Of a stretch of 64,000 bases of DNA, positions 9,992 to 17,186 are shown one piece after another. Numbering within the stretch: the first letter of the stretch is position 1; each line of letters begins with the position of its first letter. The position numbers and the translations under genes are program-made. The notes under the pieces are model-generated. The model did not search any database, was not told the DNA's origin, and saw nothing but the letters and a program-made list of their open reading frames with translations. The DNA is taken from the NCBI GenBank assembly GCA_963717145.1, contig OY970325.1:2400001-2464000 (forward strand), in the 5' to 3' direction. The DNA is from an uncultured Armatimonadetes bacterium (GTDB taxonomy: Bacteria > Armatimonadota > UBA5829 > DTJY01).

Positions 9992-10028
9992 GTGTCCGAC
10001 TCATCCGACCTGTCTGACCTGTCGGAAC
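9992..10028. repeat. Degenerate 9-bp tandem repeat upstream of helicase start
   Basis: gtgtccgactcatccgacctgtctgacctgtcggaac. Confidence 0.55.
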
Positions 10029-10086
10029 ATGACCTAGCCCGCATTATTCATGACGTGCTCAAGTCAGCGCAGGCTGTCATTGCGGG

Positions 10087-10839
10087 CTAGCGTTCGACCA
10101 TGCGCACGAGCCCGATGCTCAGCACGTAGAGAACGATCATCGGCCCGCACATCATCATCATCGTCATCGCATCGCCGGATGGAGTCGCAGCGGCGGCCAC
10201 GACGCCGATGACAACAATGGCCTGACGCCAATTCCGTACCAGGAAGGCGGAACTGACGATTCCGATCTTGCCGAGGAACATGAGCACCACGGGCATCTGG
10301 AAGATCACGCCGAACGCCAGATACATCTTCACCAGGAAGAGAAGGCTCTGCTGCACGTTGGGCATGAACTTCGCGTTCGGCGGGTTCTGGGCGATGAGCC
10401 ATCTGATCCCCATCGGCATGACGTAGTATGCGGTCACGAGACCCACAAGGAACAGAATGACTGAGAGCGGTGCGATGAGTTTCACCGACCGTCGCTCCTT
10501 GCGCGTCATGCCGGGGGCGATGAACCTCCAGCCCTCCATCGTGATCAACGGGAGCGACAGGATGACGCCGATCAGGACTGAAATCTGCATCTTGATCGTG
10601 AACGCTTCGGTGATGCCGGTGAGCAGGAACTCGCTCTTGGTCTTCTCAAGCAGCGGAACGATCGGGGACGTCAGGAAGCTGAAGAAACGCTGGTAGAAGA
10701 CCCATCCGGCGACCATGCCCACGCTGATGTAGACCGCGCACCGAATCAGACGTGTTCGCAGTTCGACCAGATGCTCCATCAGTTCGAGCTGTCTGCCCGG
10801 CGCCTCGTCTTCTGTCTCTACGATCGCAGTATCTGTCAT
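10087..10839 (-). CDS. tatC: Twin-arginine translocase subunit TatC
   Basis: LMEHLVELRTRL, FIAPGMT..E, FGVIFQMP, ATPSGD motifs; six TM helices. Confidence 0.95.
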   Translation of the reverse strand: MTDTAIVETEDEAPGRQLELMEHLVELRTRLIRCAVYISVGMVAGWVFYQRFFSFLTSPIVPLLEKTKSEFLLTGITEAFTIKMQISVLIGVILSLPLITMEGWRFIAPGMTRKERRSVKLIAPLSVILFLVGLVTAYYVMPMGIRWLIAQNPPNAKFMPNVQQSLLFLVKMYLAFGVIFQMPVVLMFLGKIGIVSSAFLVRNWRQAIVVIGVVAAAATPSGDAMTMMMMCGPMIVLYVLSIGLVRMVER

Positions 10840-10866
10840 GCCTGCTGCCCCATTCGCGTGACCCAT

Positions 10867-10930
10867 GTAGTGGCCGTGCCTCTGTGCCGGCCTACGTCGT
10901 TGCTGGCCGGCACGGAGGCACGGTCACTGC
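10867..10930. repeat. GTAG-type REP doublet (family C)
   Basis: gtagtggccgtgcctctgtgccggcc...ggccggcacggaggcacggtcactgc; further copies at 21318, 21429, 32776, 43234, 55441. Confidence 0.85.
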
Positions 10931-11025
10931 GGGGATTGAAGGACGTTTCCCACACAAGCAACGAGAGGCGGGAGATTGACTTCCCGCCCTCGTCACCAAC
11001 TCTTATCTATGTTGGAGATAAGCGC

Positions 11026-12357
11026 TCAGTGCACCAACTCCACCTTCTGCTTGATCTCGAAGGTCACCTTGGCCGTATCGCTCGTACTGCCGGAGTTCCC
11101 GAACGAACTCGATTGCCCGGAGTTGAACATACCGCCCGGAGGCGCCTCGTCCGGCATGTTGAAGCCCGAATCGCTGGGAGGGCCGCCGGAACCGGAAGAC
11201 GACAACGACGGGAACTTCGTGGTGTACGAACTCATCAGCTTCTCGCTGAGCGATTCGACCGTAGCATTCGGTACCTGCGCGGTGATCATTGCTGTTGTTT
11301 CGGACGAGATCACCTTGCCGACCTGGAATGCGAAATACGTGATCCTCTCGCCTCTGATCGGAACCGGATCCGTGAGAACCGGGGAGTTGGGGAGCTTCTT
11401 CGTGCCGGAGTAGGTGCTCCTGATCTTGGCGCACGGATAGCCGCCTTGCCACTCCACGCCTTCCAGCGTACTCGTGACATTCATGGCCAGATTGCTCCCG
11501 GATGTCCAATCCTGAAAGATGTTGTCGAGGTCGGTCCACGAGTCGCCAATTCGCACGCGCTGGACTGGAAGATTGGGCATCTCGACGACGACTTTGTCAC
11601 CAGCGGCTCGCGACTCGATGTTGCCGACTGTCCGACCGCATCCATCCTCGATCCGATAGGCCGCCTTCGCCTTGACATTCGGTATCGGCGCCATCCGGCC
11701 GCCGCTGCCGAGCTTGATGTCGCCATCGAGCTTCTGTCGGACAAGGGCGGTCCCATCGGGGCGGATGTCTTCCGTGCTCTGGGCGACCACCATCTCAACG
11801 GCCTCGATCGCCTGACCAACCGTGTCGGCAAGCTCCTTGGCGCCGCTGATGTCAGACAGATTTGTCTCCGTATAGAATTTGTACTTGCTTACCGGCCCCA
11901 CCTTGTGGTCGAAACGGAGCAACAGACCGGAAGCGGGCATCAACTCGGATGCTTTGTTCTTGACTGTTACCGATATCTGCTTTGGATCGCCAAATATCTT
12001 GCCGCTAGCATCGAACGCCTGCACCGCAAGGGCATGTGATCCTTCTCTTGCTTGACGCTGGGCCAGCGGGAGCTTCGTATCCGGATCGAGGGCCTTGGTA
12101 TCCCACACGAAAACGAAGGCATCCGACTTGACGTCCAGCGCAAGCGCACTCCTTCGGTGACCGTCGATCATTATCGAGACATAGCCGCCACTGGGAACCG
12201 ACGAGGCCGGGACTACGACCCTCACCGTCTCGCGAACGGTCGCTCCATTCAGCGGCCGGGATATCTCGATCTGTGACTGAGCATATAGCGATCCAGACAC
12301 GCCGATGATGAGGGTCATCAACAGCGTCAATGTCAGGACCGACCAACCTTTGGACAT
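11026..12357 (-). CDS. Secreted hypothetical protein with N-terminal Ig-like (Big) domain
   Basis: Signal peptide; ISRPLNGATVRETV...WDT...GSHALAVQAFD Ig-like pattern; Ser/Gly/Pro-rich tail. Confidence 0.7.
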   Translation of the reverse strand: MSKGWSVLTLTLLMTLIIGVSGSLYAQSQIEISRPLNGATVRETVRVVVPASSVPSGGYVSIMIDGHRRSALALDVKSDAFVFVWDTKALDPDTKLPLAQRQAREGSHALAVQAFDASGKIFGDPKQISVTVKNKASELMPASGLLLRFDHKVGPVSKYKFYTETNLSDISGAKELADTVGQAIEAVEMVVAQSTEDIRPDGTALVRQKLDGDIKLGSGGRMAPIPNVKAKAAYRIEDGCGRTVGNIESRAAGDKVVVEMPNLPVQRVRIGDSWTDLDNIFQDWTSGSNLAMNVTSTLEGVEWQGGYPCAKIRSTYSGTKKLPNSPVLTDPVPIRGERITYFAFQVGKVISSETTAMITAQVPNATVESLSEKLMSSYTTKFPSLSSSGSGGPPSDSGFNMPDEAPPGGMFNSGQSSSFGNSGSTSDTAKVTFEIKQKVELVH

Positions 12358-12456
12358 ACTGAAGTCCTCCGAAACCTTATTGTAGAGTCGCGTCGCACAA
12401 GCGCCGCGTCCAATGCCGCAGGAAGTGCAAACTTCGAGGGTCCGCTCACGCATTTA

Positions 12457-12485
12457 ATGGTAACATACGCCCCAGGCAAAGTCAA
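12457..12485 (-). promoter_or_regulatory. Sigma70-type promoter
   Basis: TTGACT-N17-TACCAT with extended -10 TG. Confidence 0.55.
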
Positions 12486-12559
12486 TCCGGCGAGCGGCCC
12501 TGGACACGGCGCACACGAGTTCCCACTTTATGACTTCGCGCAGGCATGAACTGTTCCCC

Positions 12560-12633
12560 TTGGAGTGCGGTGGCTCGACACCGCTTTTCTCTGCGGTACA
12601 GATGCAAAGCGGTGTCGAGCCACCGCACTCCAA
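12560..12633. repeat. GGAG-type REP doublet (family D)
   Basis: ttggagtgcggtggctcgacaccgcttt...aaagcggtgtcgagccaccgcactccaa; copies at 37696 and 41234. Confidence 0.85.
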
Positions 12634-12639
12634 GGCGGC

Positions 12640-13803
12640 CTAGTCCACCTTCACCCACGATTCGGTCTCTGCGGACTTCTCGACGGCTTCGAGGATCATC
12701 TGGCACTTCAGGCCGTCGTAGAAGTTCGGCGCCGGGTTCTTCCCGGCGGCGATGCCGTTCATCAGGTTGTAGACCTGGTGCACGAAGGTCTGCTGCCAGC
12801 CGATGATGTGCCCCGCCGGCCACCATCCCTTGAGGTAGGGATGGGAGCCATCGGTCACCATTATGGTCTTCCAGCCCTGATAGGAAGCACTGTCCCTGCG
12901 GTTGAAGTACTCGATCTCGTTGTACCGCTCCAGGTTGAACCGGATGCTCCCCTCGCTGCCGTTGATCTCGATGTGAATGCCATTCTTGTTGCCGCCCGCG
13001 AACCTGGTGGCTTCGAACGTGCCGACCGCGCCGTTCTTGAACCGGGTCATGAACAGTGTGGCGTCGTCGACTGTGACCTCGCCCATCTCGCTCGATCCCT
13101 TGGCGCCTGCGAGGCCGACGACATTGGCCGACAGGAGCGGGCGCTTCTTGATGAACGTCTTCATCATGCCGCAGACGGAGTCGAACTCGCCGCAGAGGAA
13201 GCGCGCCATGTCGATGATGTGGGCGTCGAGGTCGCCGTGCGCGCCCGAGCCGGCGATCTCCTTCTGAAGTCGCCAGACGAGCGGGAAATCCGGTTCCATG
13301 ATCCAGTCCTGCAGATAGACTGCGCGGAAGTGGTACGGCGTGCCGATCATCCCGTCCTCGACCATCTGCCTGGCGAGCGCCATCGCGGGAACAGTGCGGT
13401 AGTTGAAGTCGATCATGTGGATGACGCCGGCCTTCTCGACCGCCTCGATCATCTCCCTGCACTCCGCGACGTTCATCGCCATCGGCTTCTCGCAGAAGAT
13501 GTGCTTGCCGTTCTTCGCGGCGGCGAGGGCGATCTCCTTGTGCGTATCGTTGCCGGTGGAGATGTCCACCAGTTCGATGTCATCGGCCTCGACAACGCGC
13601 TTGTAGCCCTCACTCGACCGCTCCCAGCCGTACTGGTCGCCATACTTCCGCGCATCGGCCGCGTCCAGGCCGCAGATCTCCTTCATGACCGGCTCGGCTT
13701 CGACATCGGGGAATGCGAATGCGCAGTCCCGATACCCGACGCTGTGTGCCTTGCCCATAAACATATAGCCAACCAATCCTACGTTGACTTTTCTCTTCGC
13801 CAT
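12640..13803 (-). CDS. Gfo/Idh/MocA family oxidoreductase
   Basis: GYMFMGKAH, CEKPMA, GAHGDLDAHIID motifs; AGGAGG RBS. Confidence 0.93.
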   Translation of the reverse strand: MAKRKVNVGLVGYMFMGKAHSVGYRDCAFAFPDVEAEPVMKEICGLDAADARKYGDQYGWERSSEGYKRVVEADDIELVDISTGNDTHKEIALAAAKNGKHIFCEKPMAMNVAECREMIEAVEKAGVIHMIDFNYRTVPAMALARQMVEDGMIGTPYHFRAVYLQDWIMEPDFPLVWRLQKEIAGSGAHGDLDAHIIDMARFLCGEFDSVCGMMKTFIKKRPLLSANVVGLAGAKGSSEMGEVTVDDATLFMTRFKNGAVGTFEATRFAGGNKNGIHIEINGSEGSIRFNLERYNEIEYFNRRDSASYQGWKTIMVTDGSHPYLKGWWPAGHIIGWQQTFVHQVYNLMNGIAAGKNPAPNFYDGLKCQMILEAVEKSAETESWVKVD

Positions 13804-13824
13804 GTTGCTCCTCCTTATGCTGAT

Positions 13825-13921
13825 GTAGGAGGGGTTTTCCGGGATGATCGTGCCCGGTAACCCCGAATCCGAGGTAACATCGGGGTTACCGGGCACGATC
13901 ATCCCGGAAAACCCCTCCTAC
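13825..13921. repeat. Perfect 42-bp-arm GTAG-type palindrome (family E)
   Basis: gtaggaggggttttccgggatgatcgtgcccggtaaccccga, 13-nt loop, exact reverse complement. Confidence 0.9.
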
Positions 13922-14066
13922 GCCTGGAACCATAAACATCCACATTCCCGCCATATAGAAAGAAGGTCCGGGCCGGCCCTCACAGTGCTGCGGGGCGGAC
14001 GCCGGACCTGTCTACATCCTTCATATGGAGGTTCCGCTCGCGCGGAACCTATGTCGATCGCCGATG

Positions 14067-15047
14067 TTACTCGTCGCCCGGCGGTGTAGGAGGCGCCTGA
14101 TCAGAAACCGGAGGCGGCGGACCTTCATCGCTCGGAGGAGTGATCACGGGCATCGGCATCTCGGGCTTCTTAGGGTCGATCTTATTGTCGATCTTGGCGG
14201 CATTCTTCACGCCAAGCAGCCAGTCCTGCCACTTCTCGCCGCGCTTCTGAACCATGATCTTGTCGACGAGTTCCTTGCGATCGGCGCCGGTAGCATCCTT
14301 GCCAAGCGCAGTCAACTTGATCAGGTGATAGCCATGGCTCGACTGCACTACGCCGCTCATCTCGCCGACTTTCAGCTTGAAGGCGGCTTCTTCGAACTTG
14401 GGATCCATGTAGTTCTTGCCGAAGAACCCGAGATCGCCACCCTTCTCCTTGTTTCCGGTGTCGTCGGAATACTTCTTTGCGGCCTCACCGAAGTCCAGGC
14501 CACCCTGAATCTCCTTGGCGATCTGCTCGATCTTGGCCTTGGATTCCTCTTCCTTCTTGGTCTTGTCAGCGGGGTCCTGCGTGTAGGGCACGCGGATCAG
14601 AATGTGGCTTGCCTTGATGAAGCCCGACAGGTCCTCGTCGGTCACCTTGATCTGCTTATCCAGAATGCCTTCCATCTGAAGCTGGAACTTCACTCTCGCG
14701 AAGTAGTGACTCGGAGTCATGCCGATACCACGGAGCGCCTCCTCGAAGGTCTGCCCCGGCGGTATTCGCGTCTTGATCTCGTCAAGCTTGGCGTTGATCT
14801 CTGCAACGGTGACCACGACGCCGGCTTTCCTGGCTTCCTGGCCCACGAGGCGCTGATCGAGCAGTTCCTCGAGTACCATCGAGGCGTTCCAGTCGAACAG
14901 GGTGTCTGCAAGCATCTGCTTGGTCACCTTCTCCCCATTAACTGTAGCCACGACGTCGGGTGTACCCTTCATCGTCGCTGCGAAAACAGGCAGAGCTGAA
15001 ATCAGTACTACGGTTAGTGCGAAGATAATAAGTCTTCTTGCGAGCAT
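14067..15047 (-). CDS. PrsA/SurA-like parvulin peptidyl-prolyl isomerase (foldase)
   Basis: Signal peptide; VATVNGEKV; ASHILI...YSDD...GGDLG...FEEAAF...GYHLIK. Confidence 0.9.
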   Translation of the reverse strand: MLARRLIIFALTVVLISALPVFAATMKGTPDVVATVNGEKVTKQMLADTLFDWNASMVLEELLDQRLVGQEARKAGVVVTVAEINAKLDEIKTRIPPGQTFEEALRGIGMTPSHYFARVKFQLQMEGILDKQIKVTDEDLSGFIKASHILIRVPYTQDPADKTKKEEESKAKIEQIAKEIQGGLDFGEAAKKYSDDTGNKEKGGDLGFFGKNYMDPKFEEAAFKLKVGEMSGVVQSSHGYHLIKLTALGKDATGADRKELVDKIMVQKRGEKWQDWLLGVKNAAKIDNKIDPKKPEMPMPVITPPSDEGPPPPVSDQAPPTPPGDE

Positions 15048-15079
15048 ACGGTGTCTCCTTTCGAAGCGGAATCCCACAT

Positions 15080-15108
15080 ATATTACAACAATCGCCCTTT
15101 CAGGTCAA
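15080..15108 (-). promoter_or_regulatory. Sigma70-type promoter
   Basis: TTGACC-N17-TAATAT. Confidence 0.55.
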
Positions 15109-16026
15109 TAACCCTTTTTCTTGCAGGCGCTCGACCTCCTCTCGTGTCGGCATGGAACGCTGCGCGCCGAGCCTGGTGACCGAGATCGCCGCCGCGCTGC
15201 AGGCAAACCCTGAAGCGGCCCGGATATCCATCCCGGATGAAAGTGCTACTCCCAACGCCCCGGTGAAGGCATCGCCCGCTGCGGTGGTATCGACGGCCTG
15301 GACCTTCGGCGCGGGTATGAACGTGTGCTCGCCCGCATCCACGACCAGAACACCCTTCGCTCCGAGCGTAAGTATGACGCTCTTCACGCCCATATCCACA
15401 AATCGCCTCACAACCGCCGGATCATCGGCCGGCTCATCGGCCTGCAGCCCGAGCAGATGCCTTGCCTCGGATTCATTGGGAAGCAGGACGTCCACCATCG
15501 CAAGCATATCCTTCGGAAGAGGACATGCCGGAGCGGGATTCAGGATCACTCGAACTCCCCGGTCGAATGCGAGCCGAACGGCGTGTTTCACCGTATCAAG
15601 CGGGACCTCGAGCTGGACGATGAGCGCATCGCACTCCGGGAGCACGTTCGCCGCACGGTCTACATCCCCCGGCGAGAGCGCTCCATTCGATCCGGGGGCG
15701 ACGGCGATCATGTTCTCCCCGCTGGAATCCACGAAAATCAGCGCCACTCCGGACGGCCTCTCGGGGTCTCGGACCACATATTCTGTTACGAGTCCTTCAC
15801 ATTCAAAGTTCCTGAGGGACGCGTCGCCGAAAACGTCGGATCCCACCCGAGCGACGAACACGACATCCGCGCCGAGCCGGGCCGCCGCGACGGCCTGGTT
15901 CGCGCCTTTCCCGCCGGGAACGGTGACGAACTCCCCGCCGATGACGGTCTCGCCCGGCATGGGCAGACGCCCGGTCTGCACCACCATATCGGTATTGCTC
16001 GACCCGACAACCATTATCTTGGACAC
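15100..16026 (-). CDS. rbsK: Ribokinase
   Basis: GSSNTD, GGKGANQAVAAARLG, NPAP, PNESE, DTTAAGDAF. Confidence 0.93.
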   Translation of the reverse strand: MSKIMVVGSSNTDMVVQTGRLPMPGETVIGGEFVTVPGGKGANQAVAAARLGADVVFVARVGSDVFGDASLRNFECEGLVTEYVVRDPERPSGVALIFVDSSGENMIAVAPGSNGALSPGDVDRAANVLPECDALIVQLEVPLDTVKHAVRLAFDRGVRVILNPAPACPLPKDMLAMVDVLLPNESEARHLLGLQADEPADDPAVVRRFVDMGVKSVILTLGAKGVLVVDAGEHTFIPAPKVQAVDTTAAGDAFTGALGVALSSGMDIRAASGFACSAAAISVTRLGAQRSMPTREEVERLQEKGLLT

Positions 16027-16039
16027 TAGCTAACCCCTC

Positions 16040-16445
16040 CGGGAAACACGAATCTCACGAATAAACGAATATCGGGAAAAACCCCGGAACCAGCCTGTAC
16101 TCGGCCGCAGGCTTGGTGCAGCAACGATAGCTCATACTCACAAGTACACGTTACACGAATGCAGAGCGAATCCTCGGGAAACACGAATCTCACGAATAAA
16201 CGAATATCGGGAAAAACCCCGGAACCAGCCTGTACTCGGCCGCAGGCTTGGTGCAGCAACGATAGCTCATACTCACAAGTACACGTTACACGAATGCAGA
16301 GCGAATCCTCGGGAAGACCCAAAAACCAGCTCGTGCTCATCGGCAAGCTCCGTTCAACAGCGATAGCTCATACTCACAAGTTGACGGTACACGAATGCAG
16401 AGCAGATCCCTCTTGATTCGTCCGTTCGTGTGATTCGTGTTTCCC
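16040..16445 (+). repeat. Left tandem array: two identical 135-bp units, one diverged unit, then an inverted end motif
   Basis: Units start at 16040, 16175, 16310; 16415-16445 is the reverse complement of the unit head. Confidence 0.92.
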
Positions 16446-16451
16446 TCGCCT

Positions 16452-16862
16452 TTACAGGACGATGCGCTTGTATTCGACCCTCTTCTTGCCGAAGTTGACT
16501 AGGATTCCCAGGCGCAGGCCGCTGGCTTTCAGATAGGAGAAGACCTGTGCCTCAAACAGGTCACTCAGTTCAGAAACAGCTTTCAACTCGACGATGATCG
16601 TTCCATCCACCACTATGTCGAGGCGGTAGTCGCCAACCTTGTCTCCCCTGTAATGGATTTCGATCGGCTTCTGACATTCGAAAGGGATTCCCAGATCCTC
16701 AAGCTCCCTGCATAGAACTCGCTCATAGACACTCTCCCCAAAGCCGGGACCCAATTCGTTGTGAACCGCAAACACAGCCGACATGAGTCGGTAAGACAGC
16801 TCAGCGTACAAGACGCGGTTCCCCAACTCAGATTGTTCCGTCTCCAGTCCCATTCGTGTCAT
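16452..16862 (-). CDS. GxxExxY protein (PD-(D/E)xK nuclease superfamily, PDDEXK_3)
   Basis: VHNELGPGFGESVY, DIVVD...IVELKAV, QVFSYLKAS...GILVNFG; start 16862 or 16853. Confidence 0.93.
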   Translation of the reverse strand: MTRMGLETEQSELGNRVLYAELSYRLMSAVFAVHNELGPGFGESVYERVLCRELEDLGIPFECQKPIEIHYRGDKVGDYRLDIVVDGTIIVELKAVSELSDLFEAQVFSYLKASGLRLGILVNFGKKRVEYKRIVL

Positions 16863-17181
16863 TCCCTCTCCATTCGTGTGCCGGTACCTTGAGAGCATGA
16901 GTTCCCGCAGCCGCAACGCCGGTTTTCCCCATACATTCGTCCATTCGTCTGATTCGTGTTTCCCTCTCCATTCGTGTGCCGGTACCTTGAGAGCATGAGT
17001 TCCCGCAGCCGCAACGCCGGTTTTCCCCATACATTCGTCCATTCGTCCGATTCGTGTTTCCCTCTCAATTCGTGTGCCGGTACCTTGAGAGCATGAGCCA
17101 TCGCCTGATAGCATGAGTTCCCGCGGTCCACAACGCCGGTTTTCCCCATACATTCGTCCATTCGTCTGATTCGTGTTTCCC
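16863..17181 (-). repeat. Right tandem array: 98, 98 and 119-bp units
   Basis: tccctctc at 16863, 16961, 17059; third unit carries a 20-nt insertion plus small changes. Confidence 0.92.
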
Positions 17182-17186
17182 CGGGT

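Larger units (their letters stand above)
16039..17185. mobile_element. Candidate GxxExxY island bounded by imperfect terminal inverted repeats
   Basis: Both ends read gggaaacacgaatc inward; island sits between the stop of the upstream gene (17187) and the RBS of rbsK. Confidence 0.55.

Noticed and set aside
16026-16416. ORFs 16026-16346 and 16159-16416, and the long N-terminal extension of the GxxExxY ORF to 17153
   Set aside because: They are translations of the repeat arrays, with no RBS or family motifs.
16040-17181. CRISPR array interpretation of the tandem repeats
   Set aside because: Units are 98-135 bp with identical neighbours, there are no unique spacers of uniform length, and no cas genes are present.
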